Below, piece after piece: positions 19,700-28,868 of a DNA stretch of 64,000 bases. Origin of the DNA: an uncultured Desulfobacter sp. (GTDB lineage: Bacteria > Desulfobacterota > Desulfobacteria > Desulfobacterales > Desulfobacteraceae); contig OY762069.1 in the NCBI GenBank assembly GCA_963665095.1, forward strand, positions 4,032,001-4,096,000, in the 5' to 3' direction. How positions within the stretch are numbered: position 1 is the stretch's first letter; each line of letters opens with the position of its first letter. The notes beneath the pieces are model-generated. The model saw only the letters and a list, made by a program, of their open reading frames with translations, was not told the origin of the DNA and did no database searches. The position numbers were made by a program, and so were the translations under genes.

Positions 19700-20569
19700 T
19701 TATCCTTCGTTGCTGAGTGTTTTAAATATCTGACTGATGCCCATATACCGGTTATAGGTATAGACAATAATAATCAGCAGGGTTAAAAGGATTGTGCTGA
19801 TGGCAGATCCAAAGGGCCAGTCCAGCGTGCCGATGACCCGCTTGAAAATCAGGTTGGCAATCATTGCATTGCCCGGACCGCCGAGAATCATGGGCGGCAG
19901 ATAGGTACCGCAGGTCAGCACAAATACCAGAAGACAGCCGGCACTGACACCGGGCAGACTTAAGGGCAGAGTGACCTCTTTAAAGGCCTGCCACTCGGTG
20001 CAGCCCAAACTTTTGGCTGCTTCTGCCAGGCTTTTGTCAATGCCGTCCAGACTCACGTAGATATTAAGAATCATGAAGGGCAGAAGATACTGAAGCAGCC
20101 CCATGATCACAGCCCCTTCATTGTAAAGCATGGCCAATGGATGCTCTATCAGACCGATTTTCAGAAGCACATGGTTGATCAGTCCTGAATCCCCAAGGAT
20201 ATTGATCCAGCTAAGTGTCCGGATGATAAAGCTGATCCAGAAAGGCAGCATGACCAGGAGCATCAAAAGAGGTTTGAACCGGGACTCGGTCTTATAAAAG
20301 AAATAGGCCGGGATATATCCCATGACCAGACACAGAAATACAGTCTCCAGCGCCACCCGTATGGTTTTTAAAAGAATGGACGGATAAAAGAAATCGACAA
20401 AAAACTTGGCATAATTGCCCAGTTGAAAGGCCGGAATATCCTGGCCGCTGGGCGCGCGGAGCCAGAAACTGTACACCACCACAAAGCAGACCGGCACCAC
20501 AAGAAGCAGCAGGATGGCCGTTAAGGACGGGGATAATAGCAGCCAGGGCCGCCACGGTTTTTCCTTCAT
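19700..20569 (-). CDS. ABC transporter permease, PotB-like
   Basis: LPFWISFIIRT, EAAKSLG, PLSLPG, DWPFGSA. Confidence 0.92.
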   Translation of the reverse strand: MKEKPWRPWLLLSPSLTAILLLLVVPVCFVVVYSFWLRAPSGQDIPAFQLGNYAKFFVDFFYPSILLKTIRVALETVFLCLVMGYIPAYFFYKTESRFKPLLMLLVMLPFWISFIIRTLSWINILGDSGLINHVLLKIGLIEHPLAMLYNEGAVIMGLLQYLLPFMILNIYVSLDGIDKSLAEAAKSLGCTEWQAFKEVTLPLSLPGVSAGCLLVFVLTCGTYLPPMILGGPGNAMIANLIFKRVIGTLDWPFGSAISTILLTLLIIIVYTYNRYMGISQIFKTLSNEG

Positions 20570-20627
20570 AAATTAATTTCCTGAAGTTTATTGCTTGCGT
20601 CATAATTAAATTACAAATTTGATGCAG

Positions 20628-20642
20628 GCAAAATCCGCGCCA
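20628..20642 (-). promoter_or_regulatory. Sigma54 (RpoN) -24/-12 promoter
   Basis: Minus strand TGGCGC-GGATT-TTGC (GG-N10-GC), about 60 nt upstream of the PotB-like start and next to a bEBP gene. Confidence 0.85.
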
Positions 20643-20723
20643 CCGTATTTTTTAATTTCAATTATCTGGATTCAAAGGTTTTTTAGATATTTCAAGGTTC
20701 ACACTCTGAAACAGGGAAAGGAA

Positions 20724-20869
20724 TTGATTCACAATAGAATCAAAATGAACAGCCAACCATTTGATATTAAAGACAATCAAGTTTGATTAAATTTTGGATC
20801 AAAAATATTATTTTATAACATGCTTAGTTTATAATATTTTTTGACCTTTTTGATTCAACATCGAATCAA
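20724..20869. promoter_or_regulatory. Four palindromic candidate enhancer (UAS) sites TTGAT-N10-ATCAA
   Basis: Copies at 20724-20743, 20761-20780, 20783-20802 and 20850-20869; the first and last extend to TTGATTC-N6-GAATCAA. Confidence 0.7.
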
Positions 20870-22277
20870 AGGAACTTTTTTTCATAACAATGCCATGTTT
20901 TTTCATCTTCCTGACCACAGAGGCCTGGCTGATATTGAGAAAAGAAGCCGCCTGCCTTGTTGTACGGCATTCTTCAGCAGCCCGGGCCAGCATCTCACAC
21001 TCAACAGCCTCAAGCCGCCTGCCAAGGTCGGTGATCTCTACGCTGCGGGTCGGAGGGGTTGCAGGCATGGGTTTGTCCAGCCCAATCGAATCCAGAATGT
21101 AATCATCCAGAAACCGCTTGTCGCACATCACCACAGCCTGTTTGATGATATTAATCAGTTCCCTGACGTTGCCTGGAAACCTGTGGGACTTAAGCGCCTC
21201 ATAGGCCCTGGAGCCGATATAGGCCCGACGGCTATATCGCTTGTTATACCGTTTAAGACAAATCCCTGTCAGTTCCAGGATATCCTCGGGCCGGTCCCGC
21301 AGCGGTGGTATGGTCAGGGTAAATGTGTTCAGACGATGAAGCAGATCCAGCCGGAATTTTTTTTGAAGGGTTCTGCGCTGAAGGTCCCGGTTGGTTGCCG
21401 CAATAATTGCGCAGTCGATTTTTTTTGTGGCAATGCCGCCGATGGGCATTATTTCATGATCGTCCAGGTACTTGAGCAGCTTTGCCTGGACCCCCGGGGA
21501 CAACTCCCCAATCTCATCCAGAAACAGAGTACCTTGGGAGGCCAGTTCAAAAAGCCCGGTCTTACCTGTCTCCCTGGCACCGGTAAACGCGCCTTTCTCA
21601 TATCCAAACAGTTCCGCCTCTAAAAGATTCTCGGGCAGGGCCGCACAGTTGATCTGGATAAAAGGATGCCTGCTTCGGGGACTGTTTTTATGAATGAACT
21701 TGGCCAGAAGCCCTTTTCCCGTGCCCGACTCTCCCTGGATCAAAATATCCGAGGCACCAATGCCGGCCAGTTTCAGGGCAAGCTCCAGCGTATGTTTCAT
21801 GGACTGACTCCGGGCAACGATAGTATTGTCTTTCAGCTCCATCAGTGCCAGCTCTGCCAGCTCTGCCAGCTTGTCCCGCATCTTTTCAGACTCCTGGCGC
21901 GCCCGGGCCAGCTCTTTTCGCATATCCTCTATCAGGGAGATATCCCGCTCGTTCACCACCACAAATACCAGGTTGCCACAGCTGTCAAAAACGGGCGTCC
22001 CCGTCACAAGAAGCGTATGCCCGGATTTGGGGGTCGTCTGGATCAGGCTGACCTGACGCCGGGTCTCCAGGGCCTCCCAGGTAGCGGACCGATTGAGCTG
22101 TCCCTTGTCCAGAAGAGATTTTACATCTTTTCCGATGACCTCCCCGGCCTTTACACCATTGAGCCGCTCCGCAGCGTGATTCATTTTCAGAATCATTCCA
22201 TTTCCATCACAGAGCATCAAACCGTCTGCGGACCGATCAAAAACAATCTCCGGGTATTCCCGGTGTTCAGGATTCAT
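20829..22277 (-). CDS. Sigma54-dependent enhancer-binding transcriptional regulator (PAS-AAA+-HTH)
   Basis: N-terminal PAS, GESGTGK, ELFGYEKGAFTGA, LFLDEIGE, FPGNVREL, C-terminal HTH. Confidence 0.95.
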   Translation of the reverse strand: MNPEHREYPEIVFDRSADGLMLCDGNGMILKMNHAAERLNGVKAGEVIGKDVKSLLDKGQLNRSATWEALETRRQVSLIQTTPKSGHTLLVTGTPVFDSCGNLVFVVVNERDISLIEDMRKELARARQESEKMRDKLAELAELALMELKDNTIVARSQSMKHTLELALKLAGIGASDILIQGESGTGKGLLAKFIHKNSPRSRHPFIQINCAALPENLLEAELFGYEKGAFTGARETGKTGLFELASQGTLFLDEIGELSPGVQAKLLKYLDDHEIMPIGGIATKKIDCAIIAATNRDLQRRTLQKKFRLDLLHRLNTFTLTIPPLRDRPEDILELTGICLKRYNKRYSRRAYIGSRAYEALKSHRFPGNVRELINIIKQAVVMCDKRFLDDYILDSIGLDKPMPATPPTRSVEITDLGRRLEAVECEMLARAAEECRTTRQAASFLNISQASVVRKMKKHGIVMKKSSFDSMLNQKGQKIL

Positions 22278-22358
22278 ATATAATTTCCCCTCTAAACAGG
22301 ATCACAATCCTACCTCCTGTCCTGAACCTAAAATTGGGGGGCCGCCCCATGGCCGGCG

Positions 22359-24284
22359 CTATACTGACCGGCCGGCCTCTTCAGCCTCAGCCACACAGAA
22401 CATCAGGTGCCTCGGGGTTTTAGCATCTCCGATCATATGAAACTTGGCCCGGGACTGCTTCTCCAGCTGCCGGGCTTCTCTTACAGGCTGGTGTTTTTCC
22501 GAAATCACCACAGTATCGAATCCCTCAAGGGTTACAGGCTCGCCGTTGCTTGTAAAGCTGACCCCGTCATCTGTAAATGATTTGATTGATACCACTTTAT
22601 ATAAAGTAACCCCGCAGGCCTTTAACCGCTCGCGCAAATAATAGCGGTCATTGGAGGACATTTCCTCGGCAAAACTTCTCTTACGGTTTAAGACCACCAC
22701 CTCTTTGCCCTGATCACCCAGCTTATGGGCGGTAATAAGCCCGGTAAAACCGCCGCCAAGCACAAGCACCCGGTCTCCGGCCGTCTGTGCCCCGGTAAAT
22801 ACATCCACGCTGGTGACAAGCTTCATTCTGGATTTAAACAACCCCTTGATCACGGGCATATCCGGCATGGAACCTGTGGCCAGGATGACATGGTCCGGAT
22901 CAAAACCGAATAGTAATTCCTCAGACAGTGGCGTATTGTAGTCCACAGATATGTTCAGACGTTCCAGTTCATTTCTGAAAAACCTTAAGATATCGCCCAG
23001 CTCGCCCCGACCAGGTGCTGTGGCTGCAAGGGCCAAAAGCCCGCCTTGGTCCCGGCCTTTTTCACAAATTTTAACCTCATGTCCCCGAAGCGCAAACATT
23101 CTTGCTGCAGCAAGCCCTGCGGGACCGGCCCCTGCCACAAGAACTTTCAACGTCGTTTCCGGCATTTTTTCATCCGCCAGCCTGTATTCCCGGCCCACAT
23201 CCGGATTCACCACACAGCCGCCGGGCTCTTTGGCCAGCACGGCATGGATACACCCAAGACAGCACCCCACACAGGGGCGGATCAGGGAGGCATTTCCCGC
23301 TCTGGCTTTGTTGGGATACTCAGGGTCGGCAATCAGAGACCTGCCAAGGGCCACCATATCTGCCTTTCCATCCCTGATAGCGGCGTTGGCCATTTCCGGA
23401 TCCTTAATCCTGCCGACAGTTATTACAGGCACGTTCACCACTTTTTTAACTGCTTCGGCCATATGTATAAAACACCCCTGGGGAGTATACATGGAGGGGA
23501 TGGTCAGTTCCGTGGACCCGTATACCCCGCCGGATACATGGATATACGCGACCCCTGCCTGTTCCAGCAGTGGTGCAATTTCAAGCGTATCCTTAAGTTC
23601 CCAGCCGTTTTCAATGTAATCATTGCCGTTGATGCGGATACCCACAGGGAAATCATCACCTGCTGTTTTCTTCACGGCCTGGATAATGTCAAATAGAAAC
23701 CGGGTCCGGTTCTCAAAGCTGCCGCCGTATTCATCTGTACGAATATTGGAGTTAGGCGCCAGAAACTGGTTAATCAGATATCCATGGGCCCCGTGCAGTT
23801 CAATAAAATCAAACCCTGCCTCCCGGCACCGCCGGGCTGCCTGACCAAAGCAGTCAGAAAGCTCCCTGATCTCCTCAACTTCCAAAGCGCGGACCTCGCC
23901 TTTGACAACGGCAGGTGCCGGGATGGCTGACGGCGCCACCTTTTCAGGGAGATAGGACTGGCGGCCCCCGTGCATGAGCTGAACGCCGAAACATACATCA
24001 TACTCTTTAACCCTGGAAACCATTGCCTTCAAGGCCGGAATACATGAATCCTCATGCATCTGGGGCAGATCCGGCAGTTCCTGACCACTGGGATGAATGC
24101 CACCGCCACCCACAAGCATCATACCCACACCGCCTTTGGCCCGGGCCACAAAATATTGTGTAAGCTGATCGGTGACATGACAATGCTCATCCACGCCAAA
24201 GTTGATACTCATGCCGGACATGAGCAGGCGGTTCTTGACTTCCATGTGTTGAATCCGGATGGGGCTGAAGAGATCTGACAGCAT
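22359..24284 (-). CDS. NADH:flavin oxidoreductase (Old Yellow Enzyme family with Fe-S and FAD/NAD domains)
   Basis: ELHGAHGYLINQFL, RTDEYGGSFENR, CVGCCLGC...C cluster motif, GAGPAG and GGGFTG dinucleotide motifs. Confidence 0.92.
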   Translation of the reverse strand: MLSDLFSPIRIQHMEVKNRLLMSGMSINFGVDEHCHVTDQLTQYFVARAKGGVGMMLVGGGGIHPSGQELPDLPQMHEDSCIPALKAMVSRVKEYDVCFGVQLMHGGRQSYLPEKVAPSAIPAPAVVKGEVRALEVEEIRELSDCFGQAARRCREAGFDFIELHGAHGYLINQFLAPNSNIRTDEYGGSFENRTRFLFDIIQAVKKTAGDDFPVGIRINGNDYIENGWELKDTLEIAPLLEQAGVAYIHVSGGVYGSTELTIPSMYTPQGCFIHMAEAVKKVVNVPVITVGRIKDPEMANAAIRDGKADMVALGRSLIADPEYPNKARAGNASLIRPCVGCCLGCIHAVLAKEPGGCVVNPDVGREYRLADEKMPETTLKVLVAGAGPAGLAAARMFALRGHEVKICEKGRDQGGLLALAATAPGRGELGDILRFFRNELERLNISVDYNTPLSEELLFGFDPDHVILATGSMPDMPVIKGLFKSRMKLVTSVDVFTGAQTAGDRVLVLGGGFTGLITAHKLGDQGKEVVVLNRKRSFAEEMSSNDRYYLRERLKACGVTLYKVVSIKSFTDDGVSFTSNGEPVTLEGFDTVVISEKHQPVREARQLEKQSRAKFHMIGDAKTPRHLMFCVAEAEEAGRSV

Positions 24285-24517
24285 AAGCACACTCCTGTAT
24301 TTGAAACCGTTATGACCTGACCTTTATTTAATGTCAGACATTTATCCCCAAGACAAGTGCTTTTGTAATCCCTGTTATTCCGGAAAGCCTGTATTTCCGG
24401 AATGCGTCAGAATCAACGTTTGTGTTTGCAAAAATCAGCAGACCAGCATATATAGTATATTTATTGTTAATAAGATGGGTTATCTTTAATACTAACCAAC
24501 AACGTTGAAATGCATCC

Positions 24518-24997
24518 ATGGTCTTTTTTACATCAATTATAATTATTCTTCTTCTTTATTTTTTAGAAGACAAAGGGATACTTTTCGCAACCATTATCGC
24601 CCTGGCCGGAGAAATAATGAACTTGTTGCTTGTCCATCTCCAGACCAGCGCTGTTAAAAAGACAATGGAAGAGAGCCATACAAAACAGATCCAGGACTAT
24701 AAAAGGCGCGTTGAAGATCTGGAGCATGTCCTCCAGGACATGGAAACCCTTCAGGAAAAAAATGTTGAAAAGATATCCAAGGCAAAAAAAAGAATAGAAG
24801 AACTTGAAAATGAAACGACCGGATTAACTGACCAGAAACTTTCCGACCCTGAAAAGACAGCGGTTAACGGCAGAGAAAAAATCACGCCCCCAACTAATGA
24901 ATCCCCCCGACCACAAACACCAGCGCCAAAGGAGAAAAAGCACGATATTTATAATCATCTGCCAAGCGGTTCCAACCGAAAGAAACTGCCTATATAA
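24518..24997 (+). CDS. Hypothetical membrane-anchored coiled-coil protein
   Basis: Two N-terminal hydrophobic segments followed by a charged heptad-like region. Confidence 0.65.
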   Translation: MVFFTSIIIILLLYFLEDKGILFATIIALAGEIMNLLLVHLQTSAVKKTMEESHTKQIQDYKRRVEDLEHVLQDMETLQEKNVEKISKAKKRIEELENETTGLTDQKLSDPEKTAVNGREKITPPTNESPRPQTPAPKEKKHDIYNHLPSGSNRKKLPI

Positions 24998-25068
24998 CAT
25001 CCTCGCCACCTTGAGAACATCATAATTTGCCGAGGCCGGCTTTATCCGTGTTTGAACGCTTCCAAACA

Positions 25069-25431
25069 CTAATTAGTCAATTTAATTCTAATAATTTCGC
25101 CTTGTTTATTCACATAAGCCACCCCCCGGCCAAGGGGTGTTCCGGAAGAGGAATCAACGATGATGATTTGTTTTTCATCAAGTGCCATCGTTGATAATTT
25201 TTGATCCTGAATTTTCTTTTCTTCAGTGCGGCCTGGCGTAACGCCACCTGTCTGGTTCTGCGCTGCTTTTGTTTTTGGATCTTCTGACTGATCAGCGATG
25301 TGGTAACGCATTTTATTTCTCTCCGCAATCAGTTTGCCAACCCCTGAAAAATCATCTTTTTCATCATTACCGCAGGACACGGTGGTTAACGCAACAATGA
25401 AAATCAGAAGAGACATTGAAAAAAAGCGCAT
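25069..25431 (-). CDS. Hypothetical lipoprotein
   Basis: Signal peptide ending in TVSC lipobox; AAGG RBS. Confidence 0.7.
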   Translation of the reverse strand: MRFFSMSLLIFIVALTTVSCGNDEKDDFSGVGKLIAERNKMRYHIADQSEDPKTKAAQNQTGGVTPGRTEEKKIQDQKLSTMALDEKQIIIVDSSSGTPLGRGVAYVNKQGEIIRIKLTN

Positions 25432-25449
25432 TGTTATGCCTTATATCTT

Positions 25450-25758
25450 TTATTGAGCAGCTTCAACAGTAAACCGGCGGTTCAGTCTCATGGTGGAAAA
25501 CAGGCCAAGAATGTCCTGAGCCACATTAATGACCTTTAGCTGACGGTTTGACTGATGAAGGGAGTTATGGGCTGCGATAATGACACCAATACCAACTGAG
25601 TCCACCATATTCACACCGGCTAAATCAATGATCAGATTGCCCTGTGAGGAATTCACCGCAGAAAGCAGTTCTCCCTTGAAGGACTCAGCCATGGAGGCCA
25701 CTACATCTTCACCCGGCTTGATAGTCGTCTGGTCCCCATTGGTAATTATTTCGCTCAT
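25450..25758 (-). CDS. STAS domain protein (anti-sigma factor antagonist)
   Basis: IIDLAGVNMVDSVGIG with the conserved phosphorylatable Ser; AAGGAG RBS before ATG 25758. Confidence 0.88.
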   Translation of the reverse strand: MSEIITNGDQTTIKPGEDVVASMAESFKGELLSAVNSSQGNLIIDLAGVNMVDSVGIGVIIAAHNSLHQSNRQLKVINVAQDILGLFSTMRLNRRFTVEAAQ

Positions 25759-25903
25759 TTTGTTCTCCTTCATCTTTGGATCAAATAATCTAAGCAGATT
25801 TTTATATTATCTTAAAATGTATTATTGTTCAAATTCAAAATTCATTGACCCCTTCTACTTTCTCCTTGAATTATAGTAAAAAAATGCGTATATAGTGAGA
25901 CTT

Positions 25904-26061
25904 CCCGGCTGATCAAGCCGGGCGGATAGTTCTGATCGGTCGCCTCGTAACAGACGGCCATGAACCTCGTCAGGTCCGGAAGGAAGCAGCGATAAGTGAT
26001 CCCTTCTGTGTCGTGGATCGATCCCGGTCATGCAATTATCCGCCCGACTTGGTCAGTCGGG
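25904..26061 (+). ncRNA. ffs: Signal recognition particle RNA
   Basis: Conserved helix-8 core GTCAGGTCCGGAAGGAAGCAGC; complementary 5' and 3' ends; upstream TTGAAT/TATAGT promoter-like boxes; exact ends uncertain. Confidence 0.92.
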
Positions 26062-26066
26062 TTTTT
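26043..26066 (+). terminator. Intrinsic terminator of SRP RNA
   Basis: CCCGACT-TGGTC-AGTCGGG hairpin followed by TTTTT. Confidence 0.75.
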
Positions 26067-26188
26067 CTTTCTTTACCATTCCTTTTTTATATCTTGACAT
26101 GTTTTCAAACAGACTTATTTTTCAGCCATAATTTATCATTTTATTAACTTTTAACCACTTAAATATCAGGGATTTTGGAGCAAAAACA

Positions 26189-26791
26189 TTGGTACTCAAA
26201 GAGAATAAAATCAAATCTAAGGGGAAGGAAGAAAAAACCGATCCCGAAAACACTCCTGAGACAAACGAGCAAAAAAATTCCAATGAAGGAACCAACGCTG
26301 AGGAGACGGATGATCTAAAGGATCTCAAAAAACAGCTGGAAGGCGAAAAAGACAAGGTTTTAAGACTGTCCGCGGAATTTGAAAATTTTAAGAAGCGCAA
26401 ACAAAGAGAAATTGATGATTTCAAAAAATTTGCCAACGAAACCATTTTCAGACAGCTTCTTTCCGTGGTGGACAACCTTGAACGCGCCATTGAGTCAGCC
26501 CGGGAAAACCCTGACGTGAAAAACCTGCTTGAGGGAGTGGAACTGACACACAAAGAATTCCTCAATCTGTTTGAATCCTTCAACGTCAAACTGGTAGAAG
26601 CGGAAAATCAACCCTTTGACCCCAATTTTCACCAGGCCGTCACCCATGCGGAAAACAATGACGTCCCGGAGAACACCGTTACTACCGTTCTGCAAAAGGG
26701 ATACATGCTTCATGACAGACTGATCAGACCATCCATGGTGGTTGTCTCAAAAAAAACTGCAGAACAGACTGAAGACACTCAAAAAGATTAA
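26189..26791 (+). CDS. grpE: Nucleotide exchange factor GrpE
   Basis: AEFENFKKR, VDNLERA, FDPNFHQA, QKGY.LHDRLIRPSMVVV; GGAG RBS with TTG start. Confidence 0.96.
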   Translation: MVLKENKIKSKGKEEKTDPENTPETNEQKNSNEGTNAEETDDLKDLKKQLEGEKDKVLRLSAEFENFKKRKQREIDDFKKFANETIFRQLLSVVDNLERAIESARENPDVKNLLEGVELTHKEFLNLFESFNVKLVEAENQPFDPNFHQAVTHAENNDVPENTVTTVLQKGYMLHDRLIRPSMVVVSKKTAEQTEDTQKD

Positions 26792-26815
26792 AAATATTTT
26801 CGAAAGGATATTGTT

Positions 26816-28723
26816 ATGGGAAAAATTATTGGCATCGACCTTGGCACAACCAACTCATGTGTTGCGGTTATGGAGACCGGCGGAGAAGCAAAAATTATCA
26901 CCAATGCTGAGGGCGGGCGCACCACCCCGTCCATTGTGGCCCTTACTGAAAGCGGCGAACGCATTGTCGGACAGACAGCCAAGCGACAGGCTGTAACAAA
27001 CCCTGAAAACACCATTTTTGGTGTAAAGCGCCTCATTGGAAGAAAATTCAACTCAAAAGAAGTTCAGGATGATATCCCGGTGCTTCCTTATAAAATTGAA
27101 GCAGCAGGCAACGGCGACACCCGGATTAACCTGAGAGGCAAGCAGTACAGCCCTGCGGAAATTTCTTCATTTATTCTTGCCAATATCAAAAAAACTGCTG
27201 AGGATTATCTTGGAGAAACGGTAACTGAAGCGGTTATTACGGTTCCGGCCTACTTTAATGACAGCCAGCGCCAGGCCACCAAAGATGCAGGCAAAATTGC
27301 CGGTCTGGAAGTTAAACGGATCATTAACGAACCCACTGCTGCCTCACTTGCCTATGGACTGGATAAAAAAGGTGAGGAAAAAATTGCTGTATTTGACCTT
27401 GGCGGCGGTACATTTGACGTCTCTGTCCTTGAAATCGGAGACGGTGTATTTGAAGTAAAATCAACCTCCGGAGACACCCATCTGGGCGGCGAAGATTTTG
27501 ACTTAAGAATCATCGACCACCTGGCCACTGAATTTAAAAAAGACCAGGGCATTGATTTAAGAACGGATAAAATGGCGCTGCAGCGTCTCAAAGAGGCTGC
27601 AGAAAAAGCAAAAATGGAACTCTCAACTGCTACGGAAACCAGCATTAATCTGCCATTTATTACAGCAGATGCATCCGGCCCCAAACATCTTGACATGAAG
27701 CTGACCCGGGCAAAACTGGAATCACTGGTTTCAGACCTCCTGGACAACCTGGAAATTCCCTGCGTCACTGCACTCAAAGAAGCCCATTTAAAAGCGGGTG
27801 AAATAGACGAAGTTGTACTTGTCGGGGGCATGACCCGCATGCCTGCAGTTCAGGAACGGGTGGAAAAAATCTTTGGGAAAAAACCCCACAAGGGAGTGAA
27901 TCCGGATGAGGTTGTAGCCATGGGCGCTGCCGTCCAGGCCGGTGTACTCCAGGGAGACGTCAACGACGTACTTCTGCTGGACGTAACCCCTCTTTCCTTG
28001 GGCATTGAAACGCTTGGCGGCGTTATGACCAAGCTTATTGACAAAAATACCACCATCCCCACCAAAAAGAGCCAGGTGTTCTCCACGGCAGCGGATAACC
28101 AGCCGGCTGTCTCCATCCATGTTCTTCAGGGCGAACGTCAGATGGCAGCGGACAATAAAACCCTGGGCCAGTTTGAACTCAGCGATATTCCGCCAGCTCC
28201 CAGAGGGGTTCCCCAGATTGAGGTGACCTTTGACATTGATGCCAACGGTATTGTGCATGTATCTGCCAAGGACAAGGCAACCGGCAAGGAACAGTCCATC
28301 CAGATCACAGCAGCTTCCGGCTTAAATGATGATGAAATCCAGCGCATGGTAAAAGATGCGGAACTCCATGCCGAAGAAGACAAGAAAAAACGGGAACTGG
28401 TGGACACCAGAAATCAGGCGGAAGCTCTGGTGGACCAGACCGAAAAAACCCTGAAAGAGCATGGAGATAAAGTGGATGACGCCACTAGAAAATCCATTGA
28501 AGATGCGGCCCAGGCCCTGAAACAGGTTAAGGATTCAGATAACATTGAGGATATCAAGGCCAAAATTGAAGCCCTTTCCCAGGCGTCACATAAACTGGCC
28601 GAGGTCATGTATCAGCAGGCCCAGTCAGACTCTGGAGCAGCTCAGGGAGAACCCGAGGGTGCTGCTGGTGACGACGATGATGTTGTGGATGCCGACTTTG
28701 AAGAGGTCAAAAAAGACAAATAA
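26816..28723 (+). CDS. dnaK: Molecular chaperone DnaK
   Basis: [41 protein letters not shown]-terminal DADFEEV. Confidence 0.99.
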   Translation: MGKIIGIDLGTTNSCVAVMETGGEAKIITNAEGGRTTPSIVALTESGERIVGQTAKRQAVTNPENTIFGVKRLIGRKFNSKEVQDDIPVLPYKIEAAGNGDTRINLRGKQYSPAEISSFILANIKKTAEDYLGETVTEAVITVPAYFNDSQRQATKDAGKIAGLEVKRIINEPTAASLAYGLDKKGEEKIAVFDLGGGTFDVSVLEIGDGVFEVKSTSGDTHLGGEDFDLRIIDHLATEFKKDQGIDLRTDKMALQRLKEAAEKAKMELSTATETSINLPFITADASGPKHLDMKLTRAKLESLVSDLLDNLEIPCVTALKEAHLKAGEIDEVVLVGGMTRMPAVQERVEKIFGKKPHKGVNPDEVVAMGAAVQAGVLQGDVNDVLLLDVTPLSLGIETLGGVMTKLIDKNTTIPTKKSQVFSTAADNQPAVSIHVLQGERQMAADNKTLGQFELSDIPPAPRGVPQIEVTFDIDANGIVHVSAKDKATGKEQSIQITAASGLNDDEIQRMVKDAELHAEEDKKKRELVDTRNQAEALVDQTEKTLKEHGDKVDDATRKSIEDAAQALKQVKDSDNIEDIKAKIEALSQASHKLAEVMYQQAQSDSGAAQGEPEGAAGDDDDVVDADFEEVKKDK

Positions 28724-28762
28724 CTGACCCTCCCGGAACACCGGGGATTTAATGTTGAATAT

Positions 28763-28802
28763 AATCCTGCCGTGATCTATATTGATCCGGCAGGATTTTT
28801 TT
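28763..28802 (+). terminator. Intrinsic terminator after dnaK
   Basis: AATCCTGCCG ... CGGCAGGATT stem followed by a T-run. Confidence 0.7.
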
Positions 28803-28868
28803 AAGGGATCGCTGAAAAATCAGAAACTAAACAAAAATACTAAATTTAAGAAGAAAACTCTCTTTTTT

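Noticed and set aside
26189..26215. Possible CIRCE half-site TTGGTACTC at the grpE start
   Set aside because: The second arm GAGTGCTAA is absent at the required 9-nt spacing
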